A stretch of DNA of 64,000 nt from the human T2T-CHM13v2.0 reference genome, Homo sapiens, in the NCBI RefSeq assembly GCF_009914755.1, contig NC_060927.1; one strand, given 5' to 3'. The notes beneath the pieces are model-generated. The model was not told the origin of the DNA. It did no database searches and saw only the letters and a list, made by a program, of their open reading frames with translations. Shown here in pieces: positions 14,362 to 29,167 of this stretch (the stretch's first letter is position 1; every line of letters starts with the position of its first letter). The translations under genes were made by a program, and so were the position numbers.

Positions 14362-14925
14362 GTAAGGTGCAGAAACCTGCAGCAGCTGCTGTTGGTAGGA
14401 AGGGTTGGGCATGGGCAGGGGAGGGCTGGATGGGAGCACACACACTCTCTATAGGGAGCTCCACCTGTCTTTTTGAAACACTGAAGACCCTGCCGAGTCA
14501 TTGCAACAATAACCTATGTTCTACCACTTTGATGGCCCCTGTGTGCACAAAGAAACATTGGTAACTCTTGGTGACTTTGCTTGTCATACAAACAAGAGGG
14601 GACCCAGAGCCTTTTTACATTTTGCTTGGTAGTGGTTGCATGTGCATGTGTGCATGTGTGGACTGTCTGCTTAGTGTGCATTCTTTGAACACAGATCAAA
14701 GGGGTGAATGTAAAGTGATCATTGAGGTGCTGAGAGCAGGGGAAACTAATTTTACATGAAGTATTTGCTATGGATAATGGGAATATAACAATAATATAAT
14801 GGGTCAAGATAATAATTACTCGTACTTACTAAGTGGCCAGGCATTGGCCAGTGACATTGCTAACCCATTTTACAAAGAGGAACACTGAAGCTCAGAGAGA
14901 TTAAGTGATTGGCCTGCCTAAGATC

Positions 14926-15835
14926 CCATGATGTGTTGGAGCCTGTCTTGAACCAGCTCATGGAGAGACAGTTGTTAAATTTTTAGGAATTTTGAGAACT
15001 GGTTGTCACATTCTAGCTATTGCTTAATTATGTAGGTTTATAATTAAATATGTTATGTTAAAAGCAAAGTTAATAAATACTCAAAATTCATCACTTCCTG
15101 ATTATTTTACAACATATTGTTATTACCTATGTTCTTGAAATCATTTTTATGTATTTATTTTTTCTGTGGTGGAAATACCGTACAATTGTGTGCTATGTAT
15201 GGATCACCTCTTCCCAACTCCATGTTGGTGATGTCACATTGGTAGCTTAAAATACACCATGGTAGGAGTTTCATATTATAGAAATTATCAGATGCTACAA
15301 ACCAGGGATTGATTTATTGCTTTATTGTTGCCTAGAGTCTTAAGAAAATGAGGGAGAAAGTGTTTGAAAATGCAGACTAAACTTAAAAATGTGTCCTGTG
15401 TATAGCTGTTACGTTGTAAATAACACACAAAAATCAAGGAAATATTCTTCCAATATTCAAAAACTGTTATTTGGTTCAGCAAAGAAGTTGCTGACATCCT
15501 TGATGAACAAGTGATGTTCTGGCGTAGTATTCAGGTGCTTTTCACCTTTGTCTCACTCCTTAACATAGTGAAAATATCAACCAGCATGTGTGTCAGAACT
15601 ATACATGTTTGTCAGTTGCAACCATAGGTCAAAAGCATCCTGTGAGAATCAACTGGCTACATTAAATATACAATACAGAGTATTGTATATGCTGTTGTTC
15701 TCTGTAAATTGTGTTTTATACATTCTTTATATCAGTAGAATTTGTAAATGAACTTACCTGTGTATATGTAATATATAGTCATATACACACATACATATAT
15801 ATGCTGGTTGTTAAACATTTTCTAACACACCACTG
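14926..15835. mobile_element. MER63C-like hAT-Blackjack DNA transposon, near full length, inserted in a MIR
   Basis: Degenerate left TIR (ccatgatgtgttgg) and right end ttgttaaacattttctaacacaccactg. 8-bp TSD ctaagatc (14918-14925) / ctaaaatc (15836-15843). MIR sequence continues on both sides. Confidence 0.75.
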
Positions 15836-16004
15836 CTAAAATCACACAATCTATGAGTAGATAGGCTATCACCTCAGGTGTGTTTTACACTAGGCCTGTG
15901 GTCTTAACTTCTACAATTCTTTCTTTGCATCACATTTGGGTAATATAGGCCAAGGAGAGTCAGACACCTGGTCACACCTTAAATTTCTCCCTCTGTTACC
16001 CTCT

Positions 16005-16250
16005 CTAGTGTGGAAAGCAACATGGCATAATTAAGAGTCTAGACTTTGAGGCAAGACACATGGATTCTGATCCCAGCTCCACCATTCATTCACCCTTAGG
16101 CAAGTCACATCACCATTCTGAGCTTGTTTCCTCTTCCGTAATGTGGAGCTAATCATAAATGGCACAGGGCTGTGCTAAAGATACAACACGAGAGATGGAA
16201 TATGTAAGGTGCCTCGTGTGCTTACTAAACAGTGGACATTACTACTATGG
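16005..16250 (+). mobile_element. MIR
   Basis: ggattctgatcccagctccacc...ttaggcaagtcac...tttcctcttccgtaatgtgg core. Confidence 0.65.
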
Positions 16251-18050
16251 GTATTTGCACCACATACTATCCTGGTATCTTTTTATTTCCTCCATTTGTG
16301 TCTATTTCCACCTAAGAACTTCCTAAAGACTGAAATAATACTTGTGTCAAGCACAACCCTATACTTTGAGAGGGATTTGGCCATATCTTTTTGTCGCCGT
16401 TGTTAAGGTTGTTGGTGGTAGTGACTGATAGTGACTGGTTCATTCTTAGGGCCATGAGAATATTGCTGTCCAATCTCCTGTTCTGTCTTCAACCTTATCA
16501 CTTACATACTTTATTCAAGGTTTGCCCAGATTGGTAAGGAAGACCCAACTGCTTCTCTCTTTGTCTCTCTGGCATTATCTCCTTGAGGTGATCGTTTTGT
16601 GGGATATGCTACAGGCCACCTGTTAGAATATTGCAGAGAAATCCCATGAGCCTTGAAGGAGTGTTCCCCCCATGATTGACACAAGAATGTCAAGTTGCTC
16701 CCAGGGTCATTTGTAAAGTAGTTATTGGTGGAGCAAAGAAGCTTCTGAGATCTTAGCATGTACATATTATATGATCTGATACTCGATGGCACCTGGCACT
16801 CTTCCAGAATTGCTTAGAAATGGTCTAGTGTGTTACAAAATGTACAGAATGAAGTCAACCACAACAATCAACAGGCCAGGGACTGAAAGCTGACAGTGAC
16901 AACAAAACTAGAACGCAAACGGTTGCTGTACCAGAACTGAGAAAACTGGAGAAGTGCACGTTTATTTCATGTTTCCTGACTGGACTGGTTTGGATCAGAA
17001 GCGATTTTATTTGTATCTATTTTTTAATGCAATTTCTGCAGGTATTACTAGTCCTTCAGGGACATTCATAAACCATGCTTCTTTTTAACTGGGGAAAAAC
17101 ATGACTCAAAGTTATTTTTTCCATGTATTTATTTAGGCAGCTCTTTATTGTCCTCATATGGGCTGTTCTTGGCAATGGGATAAAGAGGTCTTTAGGCAAT
17201 TAATTTAAATGGAGCTGTGCATCCAGACGAGAGGAATCACAGACAGAACGATTCCAGACTGTTGGGTGAATTATTTGCATTTTAAAGGTGCATTTTTCCA
17301 CCCAATAAATCTGAGTGATTTCAGTTAGCTTACCCTTTGTGCGTGAAGACCCATAGTCTTCCACAGTTGTTAATTTTAATTTTTAAATAATTTGATGTCT
17401 GTCAAGATCTATGTCTATATATCACAACCTGGGATGCAGTAGGTGTAGCACAGCCTGTCCCCCTAGACTGCCTCTCTCGTTTCCACCCTTCAGGGGACTG
17501 ACCCAACAGTGGGAGACCTGTTGAGGGCAGTTTCCGTCCCATATGGGATGGTCTCTGCAAGTTTCCTGGGGTTCCTGGTGGTCTGTGTGAGGTGTTTTTT
17601 GCTTGTCTTCACAACTGGATGTACATACTGTAAAGCACAGATGTGGAACATCTCCTTACATTACACACAGCCCCTCACGTGTGCCTGTGAGTGTGCGTGG
17701 GGCAAGAAGCTCTAATGTATCCGTGGAATGTGGTGAGCTGTTTCCATACCTGGACATTACAGTTAGTGTGTATCTATAACCTATTGAACATCTGATGATT
17801 CACCTGCCACCTACAGTTTCATAATAGTCAATTTTGTGGAGACTATACTTCCTAAATGGGTGCCTGGGTCTGATTTCTTACTAGGAGTTAGTGTTCATAG
17901 AATTAAAAAAACTCTACCCTCTACAGTGGTCTCTGAAGGCTTTCAGAAGTCCTGATGTTTCTTCCCAAGGTATCTGACCCTCTCTCCATAATCCACCCAA
18001 CTCCTCACCCCCAGTGCTCCCCCACTGATCCACCCTGCATCTCCTTCCAG

Positions 18051-18182
18051 TTCCTGTCGGGAGTGGATGCCTGGTGCAAGATGTGCAGTGAAGGTGGTCT
18101 GCCATCCGAGATGCAAGACCTAGAGCTGGCAATCCACCACCACCAGACCTTGTATGAGCAGGTGACCCAAGCCTACACAGAG
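18051..18182 (+). CDS. KALRN: Kalirin internal coding exon (probably exon 8)
   Basis: ctccttccag acceptor, GAG|gtgaga donor. 132 nt, FLSGVDAWCKMCSEGGLPSEMQDLELAIHHHQTLYEQVTQAYTE, in frame with the previous exon. Confidence 0.96.
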
Positions 18183-18419
18183 GTGAGAATGGAGCAGGGC
18201 AACCATGGTTCTTGGGCATGTCTGCATGTGGGTGGGTGATGAGGGCACTGGCCTGTGCCCTGTGAAATAGCCTGGGTGGGACTAAGAAGAAGAGGCTGTT
18301 TTTCTTTTTTTTTGGTGACATCTTTAGGAACCTTGATCTATGAACTATGGTGTCTCCAGCCAGGAAGCAGAAAAAATTGGGGCCATTATTAGGCACCACT
18401 TTGGTGCACTCGCATTCAT

Positions 18420-18420
<1 letters not shown>

Positions 18421-18476
<56 letters not shown>
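18421..18476 (+). repeat. Compound microsatellite (CT)9(CA)19
   Basis: Read directly from the sequence. Confidence 0.95.
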
Positions 18477-18479
<3 letters not shown>

Positions 18480-19361
18480 CATACACCTGCCTCATCCTGT
18501 GTGTGAAGATTGGACTTTCTCCTCTTGGGGGAGGAATATAAGAAAATGAAGCTGTGCTTCTCTGGAGGTTGCTTTCTGGTTGGTGAGTGGAGATGTACAC
18601 ACTAGCCCTGCCACCTTTTTTATGAAGCAGCTCATTAAAAAAAGATTAATTTTCTCACTAGACGATCCAGAGGAAAACACACAGGGTGGAGATAAGTGTT
18701 TGCAGGAGTAAGAAGCTTCCATGAATGTGAAGGACAAAGACTCTTCCATTGAAAAATCAAAGGCAGGGGGTTACTGTAAAGTTAAGAAAGGGAAAAAACC
18801 TCTTGACAGTCCTCTCAAAGTAAAAGGAAACAGCTACATAGGTATATCTGTGTAGATACACATAAGTTAGTATGTTTGCTAACTGGCATGAATTCTGAGG
18901 AAGGGGACTGAGGGATGGAGAGAGATGGGCTGATTAAGGAAGCTGGATGAGGAGAAGAAGTGAATTCACATCCAACCCATGTGTTTCCTCTGGGCAGGAT
19001 TAGTTAGAGGAGTATTAAAATGGGTTCCTGGACCACCTGCATCGGACTCACCTGATACAGATTCCTGGGTCCCACCCCAGACTGAATCAGAATATCAAGA
19101 AGTGAGACCTGGAACCTACATTTTAATAACTATTACCCTAGGTGAGTTTGATGCACATTGAAGTCTAAGAACCAATGGCTCCTAGGTAAGAGTAAGGGTT
19201 TTTGCCACAGTCAAACTGAGTTTGAATCCTGGCTCTCCTATTTACTAGCTGTGTGACCTCAGGCAAGTTACTTAACCACTTTGAGCCTGGTTTCATCTGT
19301 GAAATCAAAGTAGTAACACCTGTCTCATAGGATAGTGTTGAGGTTATAAAGGTAATGCATG

Positions 19362-19669
19362 ACAATTCACAATTGCAAAAATATGGAACCAGCCTAAATG
19401 TCTATCAACCAATGAATGGATAAAGAAAATGTGGTATAAATACACCATGGAATACTACTCAGCCATAAAAAGGAACAAAATAATGGCATTCACAGCAATC
19501 TGGATGGAGTTGGAGACCATTATTCTAAGTGAAGTAACTCAGGAATGGAAAACCAAGTATGGCATATTCTCACTTTTAAGTGGGAGCTAACCAAACACCA
19601 CCTGTTCCCCAAAACTATTTAAATAAATAAATCAATCATTGTACCCAACAAAAATTTAAAAAAATAAAA
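19362..19669 (+). mobile_element. L1PB-like 3' fragment inserted into a MIR
   Basis: ttcacaattgcaaaaatatggaaccagcc...gaagtaactcaggaatggaaaacc; TSD aaggtaatg(c/t)atg on both sides; MIR at ~19190-19360 continues after it. Confidence 0.8.
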
Positions 19670-21095
19670 TGAAGGTAATGTATGTAATGCACTTGGCCCA
19701 GTGTCTGACAGTAATGAATACTAAAAAATGGTAATGTATTCTGTCATTGTAGAAGGTACAACGAAGGACTTACAAGCCAAATCTGATCTCATCAGCTCTG
19801 ATCCATATGGCTCAAAGCTTTCTGTCTTAGAACTGTGCCTCTGCCCATGGGTCAAGAATCTTTAAATTTACTCCTTGCAAAATACAAATATAGAGAGTAC
19901 AAATGAGATTAATATTATACTTCCACATATGTGAGGTGTGGGTGTAATTATACATATAGACACAATATTTCTCTCAATTAATTATCAGGCCCTAGCGTTG
20001 TGAGGCTTAAACCTTCCCTCCAAGCCCACTTCAGAGGCCAGTGAGCTGTCCATGCTTCCTACAGATGTAGAGACTGAGGCAGAGGATTAGAGCTCATGTG
20101 GGGTGGATTTCTAGGACTTGGGACTCCATCTCTAACTGCCCTACCCTGGACATAGCATGGTGCCAAAAGACAGCATTTGCTCAGAATTCCAGAAAGAGAG
20201 CTCTCCTGGGTTTCACTATAGGATATTTGTCTTATTTATGTCTCTGGTGGGCATCACCTCTGCATTATGTATAAGCTACTTCCCCCACCCCACTCCCCTG
20301 GCAGTCAATTATGGGAGATGGGGATGGCAGGATTGGGTGGGTGGTGGTGATTTCCTCTCCTGGCCTCTGCTGCACTCTACCGCAGCACCCCTCCTAACCA
20401 CCCTGCCCTGAAAGCATTTCTGTGGCCCCATGGGCAGGAGTAACATCTGCTTCTGTATTCCTGGACCCCCATCCAAGCTATTATCAGGGACCAAAGGAGG
20501 GGTGAGGGGAGGATGCAAACCCGGCAAACAGCTTCATCATCAGAGGTGTGGAGATGGAAGCACACACACCTCATTCCCTACCTTGCTGGTGAGATAAAAG
20601 ACCATTTTCATCTCCAAAAGCCTTCTTTTGGGGAAGGCTCCAAGCCAGCTTTGATTTAGTTGGTAACCAAATTTGGGGACTCAACATTTCTATCAATTCC
20701 CAGTCATCCCTGTTTTAAATTGGAAAGATGCATGTTCTGTTGGGTACTTTGTCAAGCACAGGAGGGCCATAGGTGTTGATTGTATGTGTCATTTTCCAGA
20801 ATTATTGATGCCCGTGATTGTGCCAGAACTCCAATGAGAAGAATGGCAGAGAGTGTCATCCCACTTTTCTCAGACTGTGGGCGAGTGTTGGGGAACCGAG
20901 GAAAGTGGATGGTGTGTCCACTGTCTAAGTGTCCCAGCCTTTCTCTGCATGTTCTAGAAAAATGAGGATTGTACTGCTTTTCAGGAGAAAGAAAGGGCTC
21001 GTATAGAGCGAGAGCAAAGTATTTTAAAAGGATAAAGACGAAAGAAAATGACAAGGAAATAAAGAGGATGGGAGAGAGATGATGATGATGATGGT

Positions 21096-21468
21096 TGTAT
21101 TAGTCTGTTCTCATGCCGCTAATAAAGACATACCTGAGACTGGGTAATTTATAAAAAAAGAAAAAAAAGAGGTTTGATGCACTCACAGTTTCACATGGCC
21201 ATGGAGGCCTCACAATCATGGCAGAAAGAGGAGGAGGAGCAAAGTCATGTCTTACATGGTGGCAGTCAAGAGAGTGAGTGCAGGGGAACTGCCCTTTTAT
21301 AAAACTATCAGATCTCATGAGATTTATTCACTAACATGAGAACAGCACTGGAAAAACCCACCCGCATGATTCAGTTACCTCCCACCAGGTCCCTCCCACA
21401 ACACGTGGTGATTATGGGAACTACAATTCAAGATGAGATTTAAATGGGGACACAGACAAACCATATCA
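21096..21468 (-). mobile_element. THE1 (THE1C-like) solo LTR
   Basis: tgtattagtc...aaaccatatca termini, 373 bp. 5-bp TSD atggt at 21091-21095 and 21469-21473. Inserted in a (GAT)n run. Confidence 0.9.
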
Positions 21469-21791
21469 ATGGTGATGATGATGAAGATAAAATTGGTAGC
21501 CAGTATCACTTGTCAGGCTCTATTCTAAATACGGTATGTGTGTTAACTCATTTAATCCTCACCATGACTTTATGAAATATGTACATAAATATCCCTCCTT
21601 TACAGACAAGGAAACTGAGGACCCAGGAGGTTAAATAACTTGCCTCTTGTCACACATCTAGAATTTTAGAGCCAAATAGAGGAATTTGGGAAAGAAAGAG
21701 GAGGAGAGGATTATGGTGGGAACTTACATTGACTTCATTTCTGAAATGAAGTTATGCTGTCTGACCTGGTGTGAGTCAGTTAAAATGTTTA

Positions 21792-22104
<313 letters not shown>

Positions 22105-22454
22105 TTTACCAAATGCCTACTGTGTGCCAGGCACTGTTTTGGGCATTGGGGCGAGAGCAGCAAGTAGGCAGTATCTCTGCCCTCACAGTGCTGAAATTCA
22201 GGAGGGGAGAGAGTCTCACAGACAACTGGCCAGCACTCCAGCAACTCCCACATCAGGGGATTCCAGCTGCTCTGCCCTCCACCAGGCCGGAGGATGGGCC
22301 CCATGGCAGCTCTGGCTGGCTAGGTGTCTGGGTATGGAATGCCTGAGATTCTCAGAAGGCCTAGTCAGGGACCCTCAGGCAGACACTTCCTGCTTCTCTC
22401 TGTGCCCTGCCTATCACCCTTTTCCCTTAACTTAAACTTCTCTCTTTCCTGCAG

Positions 22455-22685
22455 GTCAGCCAGGATGGCAAAGCACTACTTGATGTGCTGCAGCGGCCCC
22501 TGAGCCCTGGGAACTCCGAATCCCTCACGGCCACAGCCAACTACTCCAAGGCAGTGCACCAGGTGCTGGACGTGGTGCATGAGGTGTTACATCACCAGCG
22601 ACGGCTGGAGAGCATCTGGCAGCACCGCAAGGTGCGGCTCCACCAGCGGCTGCAGCTCTGCGTCTTCCAGCAGGATGTACAGCAG
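22455..22685 (+). CDS. KALRN: Kalirin internal coding exon (probably exon 9)
   Basis: Long pyrimidine tract and ctgcag acceptor, CAG|gtaaca donor. 231 nt, VSQDGKALLDVLQRPLSPGNSESLTATANYSKAVHQVLDVVHEVLHHQRRLESIWQHRKVRLHQRLQLCVFQQDVQQ. Confidence 0.96.
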
Positions 22686-22984
22686 GTAACAGGCTCTGAG
22701 CCCCGGTGTCCATTATCCATTCTAGGAGGCAGACCGAGCTCAAGTCCCTGACCTAGGTGATCAGGCTTAGGAGAGCCCAGATTTATAGAAGGACATAATG
22801 AAATTCAGCTCTCAACTGCTCCACAGAACCCTACCAAAACACAGAACAAAAACTGGACCTGTGAATTGCATATTTCTTGCCTAAGTGACTGTATAGACTG
22901 GCCTTCTCACCACGTGGTATTGTAAAGGGAGACTCAGTCTCAGGAACTGCAATTCCTCGTAGTCATGTGGCACATTTTTCTTTT

Positions 22985-23250
22985 GTTTTGTTTTGTTTTT
23001 TGGAAACAGAGTCTCGCTCTGCCGCCTGGGCTGGAGTATAGTGGTGTGATCTTGGCTCACTGCAACCTCCGCTTTCTGGGTTCAAGCGATTCTTGTTCCT
23101 CAGCCTCCCAAGTAGCTGGGATTAACCGCATGTGCCATCACACCCAGCTAATTTTTGTATTTTTGGTGGAGACGGGGTTTCACCATGTTGACCAGGCTGG
23201 TCTTGAACTCCTGACTTCAGGTGACCCGCCCGCCTCGGCCTCCCAAAGTG
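22985..23250 (-). mobile_element. AluSx-like, 5'-truncated by ~30 nt
   Basis: Antisense Alu ending at cctcccaaagtg. TSD tggcacatttttctttt at 22968-22984 and 23279-23295. Confidence 0.92.
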
Positions 23251-24955
23251 TCAATATGGGTTAGGATTAGGGCCAATATGGCACATTTTTCTTTTGGTGA
23301 GCTTGACCCACACTCAGGCAATGATTGCTAGACAGCTTGGGGGTGGGGGGTTATCCAAGCACTGTCAGGCTTGGACTCCACATACGGTCCATCTGGGATG
23401 CACGTGGCCTGCCAGAGTGAAGGTGAAGTGGAGTACAGGAAACTTCAGAGGATTCCTTGACAAGGTTGGACCAGGAAAATCAGATTTAAAACCTGGGCTG
23501 TTGTTCAGTGTATGTTTCATGATTACAGGTTATTCCTGACTTTATGTAGTTTCTTTTTTTTTGTATTATGACATCAGTTGTTGCTTTTTCCTTTACCACT
23601 AATAATAAAGAAATGGTTATGTTTCTGACCACAAAAGGACAATCTTGCTACAAATGCCCTTTCAGATGAAATAACCCATTCTTTTCTCCTTGTACTTTCT
23701 CTGTTTCTGTCTTCCAGAGGACCCTGGGATCTTTGCTGGAGGACTAATATACTAGTGTGGGGGGAGCTGGCTGGGAGATGGGGACTGAGATCCAGGCTCA
23801 CTGTCATCTGCCTCTTAGTTCACCATAGGAAAACTAAGGATGGGCTTAGTTGTCCTAGGATGGGCTCTGCAGAGCTGCAGAGAAGCTGCTCGGGTGGACG
23901 CACTCGTGTTCAAACACCTGTTTGACTTTTCTGTGGCTACCGTGTAACTCCAGGATTATACATATAAAATAACAATTCACTCTCCTTTCATTCTTTTGTG
24001 GTATCAACCAGGTATAATCCAAGTATAATCTAATTTATCTACTGTATTATATAATACAATGTAATCCATTGTATATTTCCAGTGTAGTGAAATACACATG
24101 GAAAATTGAGAGCCAACTGTACATGTCTTTGGGATATCTGTTCCCTTCACAGGTGTCATTAGAGGGGCCTCTGATGCTGGGTGCCTGAAGTGGTCAGGCA
24201 GAGTGGAGGGAGAGTTGAGCATTCTTATCACTGACTGTGACACTCTCTGAATAGGGGGATAGTCACTGTGCAATCAGTCCCAGGAACAGATGGGCCTTCG
24301 AGCATGCCCCCACTTCTTGGGCTGTCATAACTCCCCTTGAAGAGTCCTCTTCTGACTGGAGCATCAGTTGAGTTATCAGAGGCAACACCTCAGTCCCAGG
24401 AGAAATGGGCACTACTGATGTGCTGGCTGCAGTTCTGAAGCCCTTGTGGGGCCTGCCGGGAGTGGAGAAGCAAGTGAATCAGTTGCCTACTCCTGCCATC
24501 TGGAGCTATCCTGATAAATATATCACTCCTGAGCACAGGAGAGCACAGGAGGCAGTCTATGATTGAGACAGAGTGAGGTACCAGCCTCTGAAGGCACAAA
24601 GGAGAGGCGTTGCTATTTCAGTGAACTCTCCATTACTCTCAGAGATGATCTGGGCCGTGAATTGTGCAATATCCATGGTGTCCTCTTTACCCTCATGCTG
24701 ATTTTATAGCTGTTGTCCTGGAGAGCTGCAGAGGGGCTGCAAGGAGGGTGTGTGAAAGGCCTCCCCAAGGGGAGGGTGGCATTCCAGACTCCAACTATCA
24801 GGGAACTGCTGTAATCTGACTTTTCTGTGGCTACTCTAAACTAAAGCTAAGAAAAAGTATAAAACCACACCTGTGGTTGTTCTGCATCATGCTTTCAAAA
24901 ATGAGAGCCTTTCTGAAATTAAGACCCTGTCAGTTCATCACTTTCTTGTTTGTAA

Positions 24956-27019
<2,064 letters not shown>

Positions 27020-28428
27020 AGGAAACCCAAAATGGAAAAAAAATCACTAAAAATTATTTTCCATTTGTTACAGAAAATGAGGGAGGCATCACATGTGAAT
27101 ATGTAACTATATTTTTCAAAGTGTGATACTTGGACCCCTGCATTAAAATCATCTGGGCAGAGTGGAGGGCTTTTTAAAAACAGATTATCAGGCCGTGTTC
27201 TACATTTCTTGATTCAGAATTTGGGAATGAGGTGGAGCCTATAATTTAAAAAGAACCCCAGGTGATTCTTAAGCATTCTGAAGTTCAAAACTGTTGGCAA
27301 GAGTTTGAAGCCTTAGTGTTAAAAAGTATAGTGCCTCCAGAAACAGACAGCAAGGTACCAGGCAGAGGAGGTTCTCTCAGAGAGGTGGGAGGACCCAGCC
27401 TCCGCTCTGCTGGGAGGGGACGGGTGCAGGTGGGCTGGGGCTGGAGAGGCCCAGGGTTAGGGGCAGCTGAGACTTTGGGTCTCTGGACCCTCAGCTGGCT
27501 TCCACCCAACTTTGGGTCTGCCAGGTGACAGGATTGCAGCTCTCAGTGGAAGCACAGTCCGTACACCTGCTAATGAGTTTCTGCTGAGCCCTCTCAGAAG
27601 AATGATGGCTTCTCCTGCCATAGCAAGACATTTATTTTGATCATATTTGTTCCAAAGAGGGGACGCAAAATGAGTTGCTGGTAATTGGGCATTTCAAGTG
27701 GTGCCTGCATGCTCTCCAGTTGCAGCCGATGGGGAGCTGGGTGGTACAGGCAGCCTAGGAGCTGCTCCCCTTCAGAACTAGTGCTCAGTGTGCTGTGTGA
27801 GGAGACAGAAATAATGATGTGGCAGACTCTCCTGAGTGCTCTTCACACTGTGTGTACTTGAACCTTTAACAGAACAAAATGTCTTGTAGATGCCTGATGG
27901 CATATAGATGATCCTTAATTTACATCAGAATAATGGCTTTCTAAATGTAGGGGGCTGAGGGCTGAGAGGTAGGAATTAAGAGAGGATAATTCTTTAGTTT
28001 ACCTAAAACATCAAGCATCTTCTTGTTTTACCCCGTGGATCAAATTATGACACAAGCTGAATAACCTATTTCAAATAAGATGACTTATCAGAGAGAACCA
28101 GGTGAGGAATCAGAGAGGTGAGATTCTGATTCCACATATGGTTGCAAAACGTCTCCATTTCTTTTCATGGGTTTTGTTCTTCCCACTCAGGAAGTTTTCA
28201 AATTATATGTGTTATTCACTTACCCATTTATTCAGCAAATACTCTGAGAAGAACACAGCAGCAAATCAAATGAACCCCCTGTTTACATAGAGCTTACAGT
28301 CAGGGGGTGGAAATAAAACAACACCCAAACCAAGCAAATATGCCGTGTGTCATATGGCGATAGCTGGTGATGAGTGAGTGGAGAGCTGAATGAATGAGCA
28401 ATAAGGATGTGTTTAAGAAGAGGTTCTG

Positions 28429-28727
28429 GGACTGGGCACTGTGGTTCATGCCTGTAATACTAGCACTTTGGGAGGCTGAGGTGAGCGGATTGCCTGATCT
28501 CAGGAATTCAAGACCAGCCTGGGCAACATGGTAAAACCCTGTCTCTACTAAAACACAATAAAACTAGCTGGGTATTGTGGTGTGTGCCTGTGGTCCTAGC
28601 TATTCAGGAGGCTAAGGCATGAGAATCACTTGAACCCAGTAGGTGGAGGTTGCAGTGAGCCAAGACTGTGCCATTACACTCCAGCCTGGGTGACAGAGTG
28701 AGACTCTGTCTCCAAAAAAAGAAGAAG
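28429..28727 (+). mobile_element. Alu (old S/J-like)
   Basis: Full dimer; TSD aagaagaggttctg at 28415-28428 and 28728-28741. Confidence 0.92.
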
Positions 28728-28862
28728 AAGAAGAGGTTCTGACACATGGAATGGTACTTACAAAGTCCTTAAGACCAGAGTGGTTTCCCATGAGCTCAGA
28801 TGCGTTCATGGCCACTATACAGAGATTGTTTGTTAATAATTCTCTTCAAAAGAACATTTTCC

Positions 28863-29167
<305 letters not shown>

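Noticed and set aside
17914-18600. 228-aa minus-strand ORF, the longest in the track
   Set aside because: It runs through a microsatellite (VCVCVC) and antisense to a KALRN exon, with no recognisable domain.
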